Notes under the pieces: generated by a model
What the model was told of the DNA's origin: nothing
What the model saw: only the letters and a program-made list of their open reading frames with translations
Database searches by the model: none
Shown: positions 1 through 6,593 of the stretch, one piece after another
Layout: each line of letters starts with the position of its first letter
Position numbering within the stretch: position 1 is the first letter of the stretch
Made by a program: the position numbers and the translations under genes
Origin: Bacteroides phage DAC17
Sequence record: MT074138.1
Length of the DNA: 40,000 nucleotides
Reading direction: 5' to 3' (one strand)

Positions 1-20
1 CCCAATCAAATACTCAGCTA

Positions 21-302
21 TTAAGCTTTCACTCTTACAATATCACTCTCTCCATCCTTCTCAAGAGTCACCAGTTCAGCCTTTGCCAAATCAATGGTAT
101 CACCTACTCCCAATGTGCTATCATTGCTCATTGGAATGTACTTGTTACCACCAGCTACCATAGTGAACATAGCACTGTTTCCATACTCTGATGCTACTAC
201 TACAGCACTGGATACAGCAGCCAATTCTTCTGCTTCAAACTTTCTTGAACTCTTGAAATTCCACTTACCTGCATAGGTTCTTAAACTACTAAAAATGTTC
301 AT
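21..302 (-). CDS. 93-aa hypothetical protein, paralogue of 1001-1282
   Basis: Complete ORF; aligns end to end with the product of 1001-1282 (MNIFSxLxxYAGKWxFKSSRxF...EYGNS...KYIPM). Confidence 0.8.
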   Translation of the reverse strand: MNIFSSLRTYAGKWNFKSSRKFEAEELAAVSSAVVVASEYGNSAMFTMVAGGNKYIPMSNDSTLGVGDTIDLAKAELVTLEKDGESDIVRVKA

Positions 303-343
303 AATGCTAATTGTTAAATGTTAATTGATATATGTTAGTTATA

Positions 344-357
344 GTGTGCAAGCACAC
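344..357. repeat. Short perfect inverted repeat gtgtgc-aa-gcacac
   Basis: Read directly; lies upstream of the minus-strand gene 21-302. Confidence 0.6.
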
Positions 358-367
358 CAGGAGCTCA

Positions 368-461
368 GGAGGAGTAATGAGCTATACTCTTAACTTATAG
401 CTAATGACTTATAGCTAATAACTCAACCCAACCAACCAAGGACAAGGGAGGAGTAATGAGC
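368..461 (-). promoter_or_regulatory. Two copies of GCTCATTACTCCTCC (minus strand) plus a 14-bp tandem repeat (393-420)
   Basis: GGAGGAGTAATGAGC on + strand at 368-382 and 447-461; acttatagctaat(g/a) twice at 393-406 and 407-420. Confidence 0.45.
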
Positions 462-635
462 TTTGCTTATAGTTGTTGTTGCTTACTTGTTGCCACCTAT
501 CCCACCAGAAGTAGTAAGTAAATAGAGGTTAATTATTACTTCTTGCTATCAATAACCTCCCCAACATCTTAATTCTTCTGGTGCTATTGTTGATAGCTGA
601 TATACAAAACACCTAGTTGTTTTCATCTAAAATAT

Positions 636-656
636 GTTCAGTGCGAAGCACTGAAC
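636..656. other. 9-bp perfect hairpin with GAA loop (gttcagtgc-gaa-gcactgaac)
   Basis: Perfect inverted repeat containing the GCGAAGC core; flanked by cctagtt (612-618) / aactagg (654-660). Confidence 0.75.
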
Positions 657-888
657 TAGGTCATAAATCACAGTCAATTTACACCCATTTATACCCCTCA
701 CTCATTAACATTTATTAGTATTAAACACCAATTATGAGTTGATATGCTATTTGAATCATACCTGATTGATTACTTGTTGTTGTCATCTAATGCATAAATG
801 ATATCAATTCAAGTAACAAATTGAGGTGTCTTCAAATGATGTTTGAGCACCTCTTCAAATGTCACTCCACAAAAAGTTGGACTATATA

Positions 889-931
889 TAGTATATTATA
901 TAAATATAATATATAGTATTAGTAATAGTCC
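889..931. repeat. AT-rich imperfect palindrome ggactatatatag...atatatagtattagtaatagtcc
   Basis: Arms ggactat (889-895) and atagtcc (925-931) with further TA-rich internal symmetry. Confidence 0.5.
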
Positions 932-1000
932 AGTTTCTTGTTGCATGCAAATAGGAGAAAAAAGAATAGTGAGGGGTGAAACCCTCACTATTAATAGATG

Positions 1001-1282
1001 TTAAATTGAAACTCTGATGATATCAGCTTCACCATCCTTACAAAGAGTGACTAATTTAGCCTTGGAGAGGTCAATGAATGTTCCAACAGGAACAGTGGAA
1101 TCTCTATCCATTGGTATATACTTATCACCACCACTGACCATATGGAAACAACATGAGTTACCATACTCTGATGGAACAACAACTGCTTCCTTAACAACAG
1201 AAAGCTCCTCTGGAGTGAACTCTCTACTAGATTTGAAACTCCATTTACCTGCATAACTCTTAAGTGTACTAAAGATATTCAT
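1001..1282 (-). CDS. 93-aa hypothetical protein, paralogue of 21-302
   Basis: Complete ORF; colinear and roughly 60% identical by eye to 21-302. Confidence 0.8.
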   Translation of the reverse strand: MNIFSTLKSYAGKWSFKSSREFTPEELSVVKEAVVVPSEYGNSCCFHMVSGGDKYIPMDRDSTVPVGTFIDLSKAKLVTLCKDGEADIIRVSI

Positions 1283-1335
1283 AACTGTATAATTTAATTG
1301 GTTTATAATTCAAATACTTGGGAGGAGTGATGAGC

Positions 1336-1488
1336 CTATAACTCATCACAACCAAGGTCCTTAACTATAGAGTCCAGTCTGAACTCAAGATATTTATTCT
1401 CTTGAGAGAGGTGATGAACCTCTCTCATAGCACTGCATAAACAGAGTGCCATAGCCAGTAGTACTGACAACATAACAATAGTCTTCAT
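1336..1488 (-). CDS. 50-aa small protein with N-terminal hydrophobic segment (absent from ORF track)
   Basis: Manual translation: MKTIVMLSVLLAMALCLCSAMREVHHLSQENKYLEFRLDSIVKDLGCDEL*. Confidence 0.6.
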   Translation of the reverse strand: MKTIVMLSVLLAMALCLCSAMREVHHLSQENKYLEFRLDSIVKDLGCDEL

Positions 1489-1538
1489 AAGATGTAAGTT
1501 TAATGATTCAAGAATATGGGAGAAGTAATGAGCAAGTG

Positions 1539-1730
1539 TTATCTAGTGTGGATATCCCATCTATGAATAACTAACTTCTCTAACTCATCAACATCTACTT
1601 CATAATAGAATGCAGCATCACTACACACATCATGGAATCTAGCATATAGTACGATCTCAGCAATATGTAGATCATAGACTGACTCTAATGATGTCAGCAG
1701 TGCTTCAGGCAATGTACTTAACTCTTTCAT
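1539..1730 (-). CDS. 63-aa hypothetical protein
   Basis: Complete ORF in line with neighbouring minus-strand genes. Confidence 0.6.
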   Translation of the reverse strand: MKELSTLPEALLTSLESVYDLHIAEIVLYARFHDVCSDAAFYYEVDVDELEKLVIHRWDIHTR

Positions 1731-1904
1731 AATAAATGTTTTAATGATTAATACTCAGATGCATGAATGGAGTAATCCCTCTCAAACATGACAGGGGGAT
1801 AACCCCAAACTCAAAACCAAGGGGGGACCATGAGTTAATTAGTAACCACACCTACACACCAAAAACACTCTCTAGAAAATAAAATAAAAAAAAATCAATT
1901 ATAT

Positions 1905-1935
1905 TTGGAATTGTGGATTAAATTACATATCTTTG
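1905..1935 (+). promoter_or_regulatory. Bacteroidetes-type promoter (-33 TTG 1905-1907, -7 TATCTTTG 1928-1935)
   Basis: TTG-N20-TATCTTTGCA, upstream of ATG 1956. Confidence 0.75.
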
Positions 1936-1955
1936 CAGTATAATTACATAGAACT

Positions 1956-2378
1956 ATGAATAAAGTATTGAAGTTTGTAAATGATTGGATATGGCAATTA
2001 CCACAGAATCTAATAGGTCTTGGATACAAAGCCATCATTAGTAAAGACATCATTAGTAGAGTACAAGAAGATGCTGAGTATGAATGCTATCTGAAGAGAA
2101 GTAATGGTGGAGTAACACTAGGCAAGTATATCTTTGTGTATCAGAGATACAGTGATCTGGCTATGACTATTAAACATGAGAGTGGGCATGTTAAACAATC
2201 AAAGATACTAGGACCATTCTATTTACTAGTGATTGGTTTACCCTCAATTGTACATGCAGCTATGCATAGAACTACATGTAAGAATACTAACTACTATCAC
2301 TTCTACACTGAGAAGTGGGCTAATAAGCTAGCTGGACTTACAGTTGTTAACAACAAGTTAGTCTCTAAGGAGTATTAG
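1956..2378 (+). CDS. 140-aa protein with HExxH motif (HESGH), putative minimal zinc metalloprotease
   Basis: MTIKHESGHVKQSK with downstream YTEKWANKLAG as candidate third ligand; hydrophobic stretch between. Confidence 0.6.
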   Translation: MNKVLKFVNDWIWQLPQNLIGLGYKAIISKDIISRVQEDAEYECYLKRSNGGVTLGKYIFVYQRYSDLAMTIKHESGHVKQSKILGPFYLLVIGLPSIVHAAMHRTTCKNTNYYHFYTEKWANKLAGLTVVNNKLVSKEY

Positions 2379-2476
2379 AGAAATATAGTTTTAGTGGACA
2401 AGCCACTTAATAAAGACTTCTGGTGGTATAGAATGCACTGAGAGTCAATGACTTGACATTTGTTAACACTAAGTAT

Positions 2477-2507
2477 TTGCATATCTCAAGTATTTTACAT
2501 ACCTTTG
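2477..2507 (+). promoter_or_regulatory. Bacteroidetes-type promoter ahead of the tRNA array (-33 TTG 2477-2479, -7 TACCTTTG 2500-2507)
   Basis: TTG-N20-TACCTTTGCA. Confidence 0.7.
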
Positions 2508-2531
2508 CAGAGAAGTAAGAATAGTATATAG

Positions 2532-2598
2532 GGGGATACAGACTCCATTTCAATGAGCTTAATGACACCTAAAATTGTATATTTGAACTGTATCCCCT
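2532..2598 (+). other. 67-nt structured element closed by an 11-bp stem
   Basis: gggggatacag / ctgtatcccct pair (10 WC + 1 GU); tRNA-sized, just after the array promoter, no canonical GTTCRA T-loop. Confidence 0.4.
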
Positions 2599-2602
2599 AC
2601 AT

Positions 2603-2675
2603 TGCTCCATAGTGTAACTGGTTATCACATGAGATTTTGGCTCTCATAATATTGGTTCAAGTCCAATTGGAGTAA
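2603..2675 (+). tRNA. tRNA-Gln(TTG)
   Basis: Cloverleaf by eye; anticodon stem tgaga/tctca with loop ttttggc, T arm attgg-ttcaagt-ccaat. Confidence 0.88.
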
Positions 2676-2757
2676 CTTTGGATTGTTTTCATAATGTTAA
2701 AGAATGGGATTTCACTCATAGCTATATTGGTCTGTGAAGATAGATATAGCTTCTTAT

Positions 2758-2831
2758 GTTGGGTTGGACAAGCTGGTTAAGTCACCACCCTTTCAAGGTG
2801 GTCATCATGGGTTCAAATCCCATACCCAATA
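2758..2831 (+). tRNA. tRNA-Glu(TTC)
   Basis: Acceptor gttgggt/acccaat; anticodon arm ccacc-ctttcaa-ggtgg; T arm atggg-ttcaaat-cccat. Confidence 0.9.
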
Positions 2832-3006
2832 CAATAGTACTCAAGCTTCCTTCTGTAAATGGTTCTCTAGAGAAGAGAATGGCGCACATTTGCAGATAGC
2901 TCAAATGGAGTTCATACCTGAAGGCTTACTACTTAAGCTCTTTTAAGTTGGATGGTATGGGGAGCCATAGTATAGCAGGCTCTACACTAATGGTGCTATA
3001 CAACAC

Positions 3007-3079
3007 ATAGGTGTAATTCAGTTGGTAGAATGCTAGCTTTGGGAGCTAGTTGTCCTAGGTTCGAGCCCTAGTACCTATA
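3007..3079 (+). tRNA. tRNA-Pro(TGG)
   Basis: Acceptor ataggtg/tacctat; anticodon arm ctagc-tttggga-gctag; T arm ctagg-ttcgagc-cctag. Confidence 0.9.
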
Positions 3080-3154
3080 CTATTAGTGCTCACACAGAGT
3101 CCACTAAGAATGGAAGTTAAGGAGTTGTAACCAAATAAAAATAAACTCCAGCAT

Positions 3155-3228
3155 GGGTCCTGTAGTGTAATTGGCTAACACTTCTCACTTGCACTGAGAC
3201 ATTGGGGTTCAAGTCCCACAGGTATCCA
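3155..3228 (+). tRNA. tRNA-Ala-like (TGC), atypical or decaying
   Basis: Intact D stem (gtgt/acac) and anticodon arm (tctca-cttgcac-tgaga), but disrupted acceptor stem (gggtcctg vs caggtatcc) and mismatched T stem. Confidence 0.5.
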
Positions 3229-3277
3229 CTCACATATTTCATGTTTTTATAATTTAGTGTTTGATTTTTCAGCTTTG

Positions 3278-3297
3278 GGGGTGTGCTTTAACACCCC
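3278..3297 (+). other. Hairpin between tRNA genes (ggggtgt-gcttta-acacccc)
   Basis: 7-bp perfect stem, weak T tract after it; processing signal or weak terminator. Confidence 0.35.
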
Positions 3298-3308
3298 TGT
3301 TTGTGTAT

Positions 3309-3383
3309 TGGAGAGAAGCTTAAGTGGTTATAAGCAACTGCCTGTTAAGTAGAAGATAGTAGGTTCAAGTCCTATCTCTCTAG
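3309..3383 (+). tRNA. tRNA-Asn(GTT)
   Basis: Acceptor tggagag/ctctcta; anticodon loop ctgttaa; T arm gtagg-ttcaagt-cctat. Confidence 0.85.
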
Positions 3384-3403
3384 CAACTTAAAGTAGTGAA
3401 ATT

Positions 3404-3709
3404 ATGTTAGTAAAAGTAGAAGACAGGAGAAAGATTAAGAAGGTTCATTTTAAGAGCTCAGAGCTATTCAGACCTGAAGCTGAACAGATGGTTATTGACC
3501 TTTATAATAACATTATTGAGACTGAAGATCAGCTGAATGAAGCTAGAGAGTTAGTAAGAAGTTTGGAGAAGGAAGTTAAAGAAAAGAAGATGAAGTTCTC
3601 TTGTTTGGAAGGTCTGTTTAATTTAGAATTTGAGACTAAAGAACAGGAGAGAGTGGAAACTCAGAGAGTTATGTTGGGTATAGTTAATCCAGGAGACCCA
3701 AGTAACTGA
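3404..3709 (+). CDS. 101-aa probable coiled-coil protein
   Basis: Complete ORF; Lys/Glu-rich heptad-like central region. Confidence 0.65.
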   Translation: MLVKVEDRRKIKKVHFKSSELFRPEAEQMVIDLYNNIIETEDQLNEARELVRSLEKEVKEKKMKFSCLEGLFNLEFETKEQERVETQRVMLGIVNPGDPSN

Positions 3710-3718
3710 TAAATGTAT

Positions 3719-3792
3719 TGAGATGTAGCTCAGTTGGTTAGAGCACCACTCTGATAAGGTGGGAGTCAGGAGTTCAAGTCTCTTCATCTCAA
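3719..3792 (+). tRNA. tRNA-Ile(GAT)
   Basis: Acceptor tgagatg/catctca; anticodon loop ctgataa; T arm aggag-ttcaagt-ctctt. Confidence 0.9.
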
Positions 3793-3794
3793 CT

Positions 3795-3865
3795 GTGTAG
3801 TTAGCTTAATTGGTAAAGCACTGGATTGTGACTCCAGAGGATAGAGTTCAAATCTCTACTACACC
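3795..3865 (+). tRNA. tRNA-His(GTG)
   Basis: Acceptor gtgtagt/actacac, discriminator C73; anticodon arm ctgga-ttgtgac-tccag. Confidence 0.85.
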
Positions 3866-3879
3866 CTAAGGTCATCAAT

Positions 3880-3953
3880 GCTGAGGTAGCACAACTGGTA
3901 AATGCAGGAATCTTATACATTCAAGACAGTAGGTTCAAGTCCTACCCTCAGTA
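3880..3953 (+). tRNA. tRNA-Ile(TAT)
   Basis: Acceptor gctgagg/cctcagt; gaat-cttatac-attc anticodon arm; T arm gtagg-ttcaagt-cctac. Confidence 0.8.
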
Positions 3954-3959
3954 CTATAA

Positions 3960-4032
3960 TATCCCATAGCTCAATAGGTAGAGTAACTGGCTTTTAACCA
4001 GTGGGTTCTGAGTTCAAGCCTCAGTGGGATAA
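3960..4032 (+). tRNA. tRNA-Lys(TTT)
   Basis: Acceptor tatccca/tgggata; anticodon arm actgg-cttttaa-ccagt; T arm ctgag-ttcaagc-ctcag. Confidence 0.9.
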
Positions 4033-4037
4033 CATTT

Positions 4038-4119
4038 GGGAGTACTTTAATGTGGTGAATTAGTTTAGACTGTAAATCTAATGCCTCTGGCTATGTGAGT
4101 TCAATTCTCTCTACTCCCA
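4038..4119 (+). tRNA. tRNA-Tyr(GTA), long variable region
   Basis: Acceptor gggagta/tactccc; anticodon arm ttaga-ctgtaaa-tctaa; 82 nt long. Confidence 0.85.
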
Positions 4120-4125
4120 CTTTAT

Positions 4126-4200
4126 GCCCTCTTGGTGGAATGGTTAAGACACACTAGATTTAGGCTCTAGGCATTGTAGGTTCGACTCCTACAGGGGGTA
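4126..4200 (+). tRNA. tRNA with Leu anticodon (TAG) and short variable loop
   Basis: Acceptor gccctct/agggggt; anticodon arm ctaga-tttaggc-tctag; variable loop gcatt; T arm gtagg-ttcgact-cctac. Confidence 0.85.
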
Positions 4201-4221
4201 CACATTCTTAAACTTAAATGT

Positions 4222-5130
4222 ATGACAGAAACTGAGATTCTTGATAGGTTGAAAGCTAAACCATATTTAATGAATATGGGAGCAGGAAACCTAGCCAAGC
4301 TGTTTAAGGTAAAGAGAGATACTATATACAAGTTAAAGTCACAGGTTAGGAGTAACCTCCCTAAGATACTTATATTTGATATAGAGACTTCACCAATGAA
4401 GGCTTATGTATGGTCAAGATGGAAGCAGAACATCCATCTGGAACAGACTCTGGCAGAGTGGTTTTGTATTAGCTGGTCAGCTAAATGGTTATATGCAGAT
4501 GAGACCATGCATGATGTGCTTACACCTGAAGAGATTCTGAAGGAGGATGATAAGAGAATCATGGCTAGACTATGGCAGTTATTTGATGAGGCTGACATCA
4601 TCATTGCACATAATGGCATTGATTTTGATATACCTAGGTGTAATAGTAGATTCATTCTGCTAGGGTTCCCACCTCCTAGTACATATCAAGTAATTGATAC
4701 TAAGAGAGTTGCAGCTAAGCAGTTTGGATTTAGCTCTAATAAGCTAGATGCACTTGCAGGATATTTTGGTATAGAACATAAGATGGATACAGACTTTGAG
4801 CTGTGGGCTAAGTGTATGATGGGAGATAAAGAAGCTCTTGGATACATGGAGATGTACAATATCAAAGACACTGAGATACTTGAAGAAGTATATCTCAAAT
4901 TAAGACCTTGGATAAAGAACCATCCTAATGTTGGAATGTACCTTGATTCTAAAGAACCTATATGTGCTAGCTGTGGAAGTCATGAGCTTACACCCATAGA
5001 TAAGTACCATTATACTCAGACTGCTAAGTACCAGTTATATAGATGTGAGTGTGGTGCATTAAGTAGAGGAAGGGTCAATCTGTTAGATAAAGTTAAAATG
5101 AAGAGTTTAGTGACTAGAATACCAAAATAA
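4222..5130 (+). CDS. DnaQ/PolB-type (RNase H-fold) 3'-5' exonuclease with N-terminal HTH-like segment and C-terminal zinc ribbon
   Basis: ILIFDIETSP, IIIAHNGIDFDIP, YNIKDTEILEEVY motifs; C-terminal CASCGSH...YRCECG. Confidence 0.85.
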   Translation: MTETEILDRLKAKPYLMNMGAGNLAKLFKVKRDTIYKLKSQVRSNLPKILIFDIETSPMKAYVWSRWKQNIHLEQTLAEWFCISWSAKWLYADETMHDVLTPEEILKEDDKRIMARLWQLFDEADIIIAHNGIDFDIPRCNSRFILLGFPPPSTYQVIDTKRVAAKQFGFSSNKLDALAGYFGIEHKMDTDFELWAKCMMGDKEALGYMEMYNIKDTEILEEVYLKLRPWIKNHPNVGMYLDSKEPICASCGSHELTPIDKYHYTQTAKYQLYRCECGALSRGRVNLLDKVKMKSLVTRIPK

Positions 5131-5143
5131 ACTATCATTTTAC

Positions 5144-5175
5144 TTGCACAGTTCATATAAAATACATATCTTTGT
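5144..5175 (+). promoter_or_regulatory. Bacteroidetes-type promoter (-33 TTG, -7 TATCTTTG 5168-5175)
   Basis: TTG-N21-TATCTTTG upstream of ATG 5195. Confidence 0.6.
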
Positions 5176-5194
5176 AACATCAAATAAGAGATAA

Positions 5195-5647
5195 ATGGAG
5201 ACATTATTAACCACTATATATGATGAGGAAGAGACTCACTCTAGAAGTAGTATATTCAACTTCTTCCTTACATATGTTAATGTGCTGGAAGGCATAAAGA
5301 CACAGATAAAGAATGTTCATTGGGCTTCACTTAGATTGCCTAATAGTGATAAGAGAGGAGCACATTTATACCTTGATGACTTCCTTGAAGTAGTAGGAAA
5401 CTTCCAAGACCTAGTAGCTGAATCAGTTATGGGAATAACTGGAGAATCATTTGAATTTAACACTGTTAGAGGTGTTCCATTCCCTGCTTCAAGTACAGAT
5501 GAACTCATCAAGTATATACAAAACAAGACAGTAGAGTTCTATGATGCAATACCTAAAGAGACTATCTATGCAGGTATTAAGTCAGAGACAGAGACTTTTA
5601 TACTGAATATCAATCAATATGTATTCAGATTTAAGTTAACAGACTGA
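5195..5647 (+). CDS. Dps/ferritin-like four-helix protein, crAss-type (DUF5856-like)
   Basis: Helical protein with IKNVHWASL...HLYLDDFLEVV spacing reminiscent of Dps NLHWN...HxxxxE. Confidence 0.55.
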   Translation: METLLTTIYDEEETHSRSSIFNFFLTYVNVLEGIKTQIKNVHWASLRLPNSDKRGAHLYLDDFLEVVGNFQDLVAESVMGITGESFEFNTVRGVPFPASSTDELIKYIQNKTVEFYDAIPKETIYAGIKSETETFILNINQYVFRFKLTD

Positions 5648-5648
5648 T

Positions 5649-5722
5649 AACCTGGTGGTGCAACTGGTAGACACAATAGGTTTAAGCCCTATGGGTTGGG
5701 GGTTCAATTCCCCCTCAGGTTA
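5649..5722 (+). tRNA. tRNA with Leu anticodon (TAA) and short variable loop
   Basis: Acceptor aacctgg/tcaggtt; anticodon arm atagg-tttaagc-cctat; variable loop gggtt; T arm ggggg-ttcaatt-ccccc. Confidence 0.85.
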
Positions 5723-5737
5723 CTTAAGATATATAAA

Positions 5738-6028
5738 ATGTGGAAAGATAAAGAAGTGAGAAGAAGGAAGGTTAATGAGATGAGGCACTCTAGGATGAAG
5801 TTCCTAAGAGACTATAAGAAAGATAAATGCTGCGCTCATTGTGGGTGGAATGAACACCCTGAGATATTAAACTTCCACCATCTAGATCCTAGTAAGAAAG
5901 AGTTTGGGTTTGCAGGTAGTGCTATTGGTAATCTAAGTTTAAAGAGAATAATAGATGAAATTGATAAGTGCATACTGTTATGTCCGAACTGTCATCAGTG
6001 GTTACACTATCAGGAAACAGCAATATAA
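5738..6028 (+). CDS. HNH endonuclease, probable free-standing homing endonuclease
   Basis: CAHCGW...LNFHHLDPSKKEFG...CILLCPNCHQWLHY. Track start at 5696 is inside the tRNA; ATG 5738 more likely. Confidence 0.85.
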   Translation: MWKDKEVRRRKVNEMRHSRMKFLRDYKKDKCCAHCGWNEHPEILNFHHLDPSKKEFGFAGSAIGNLSLKRIIDEIDKCILLCPNCHQWLHYQETAI

Positions 6029-6029
6029 T

Positions 6030-6098
6030 TGTGAGGAGGATTGGTATCCCACTAAGGCTCATAACCTTAGCAAGTAAGTTCGATTCTTGCCCTCGCAA
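6030..6098 (+). tRNA. tRNA-Met(CAT), short D arm
   Basis: Acceptor tgtgagg/cctcgca; taagg-ctcataa-cctta anticodon arm; T arm gtaag-ttcgatt-cttgc; 69 nt. Confidence 0.75.
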
Positions 6099-6117
6099 CT
6101 AAAAATATCAAAGCAAT

Positions 6118-6282
6118 ATGGCAAAGGAAGAGAAGAAAGAAGAATCAACCTATATGGTGGCTATAGATAGCCCCACCATAAGAGGTATTGTTCAAGCAGC
6201 TAATAACTTGGAGATTAAGAAAGAACAAATAGTATCACTGGTAAAACAGGGTGAGCAGTATGTTCTAGTATATTATGCTTAA
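6118..6282 (+). CDS. 54-aa hypothetical protein (below ORF-track cutoff)
   Basis: MAKEEKKEESTYMVAIDSPTIRGIVQAANNLEIKKEQIVSLVKQGEQYVLVYYA*; fills the gap before 6294. Confidence 0.55.
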   Translation: MAKEEKKEESTYMVAIDSPTIRGIVQAANNLEIKKEQIVSLVKQGEQYVLVYYA

Positions 6283-6293
6283 ATATAGAAAAC

Positions 6294-6593
6294 ATGAAGA
6301 GTAGATTAAGATTCCCAGAGAAGAGAGCAGAAGAAGTGAAAGAAGAAGTTAATTCTAACACAACTGTGTTAGGTCCCCACTCATTAAGAGACCTAATAGT
6401 ATTTGAGGCTGTTAGCAGATACAAGTCTGTAGCTAGACAGATGAGAAGAAATAAGGTTACTCAATTTGGTACTATGATACCTAAGAGACCCTTCAACAAT
6501 AGAGCTAATACCTCTGGTAGAAAAGGTACTCACAGTAGGGTAAATAATGAATATAAGAAAGAGATTTATGGAAGAATTAAAGCAGGACTATAA
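6294..6593 (+). CDS. 99-aa basic hypothetical protein
   Basis: Complete ORF, Arg/Lys-rich. Confidence 0.6.
   Translation: MKSRLRFPEKRAEEVKEEVNSNTTVLGPHSLRDLIVFEAVSRYKSVARQMRRNKVTQFGTMIPKRPFNNRANTSGRKGTHSRVNNEYKKEIYGRIKAGL

Noticed and set aside
1396-1430. gagagaggtgatgaacctctctc as another copy of the GGAGGAGTAATGAGC element
   Set aside because: It lies inside the 50-aa minus-strand coding region and matches the core poorly; it is better described as a small local inverted repeat (gagagagg/cctctctc).
368-1560. Plus-strand mini-ORFs preceded by GGAGG (MSYTLNL, MSFAYSCCCLLVATYPTRSSK, MSL, MSKCYLVWISHL)
   Set aside because: Very short and non-conserved in sequence, and the likely Bacteroidetes host relies little on Shine-Dalgarno; the minus-strand repeat interpretation is simpler.
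2734-2946. ORF MKIDIASYVGLDKLVKSPPFQGGHHGFKSHTQ...
   Set aside because: It runs through tRNA-Glu (2758-2831) and has no protein-like features; treated as spurious.
4404-4898. Minus-strand ORFs inside the exonuclease gene, and similar antisense ORFs across the structural genes (e.g. 27778-28276, 28472-28834, 17142-17444)
   Set aside because: Fully antisense to confidently called genes, low-complexity composition, no independent promoter or homology signal.
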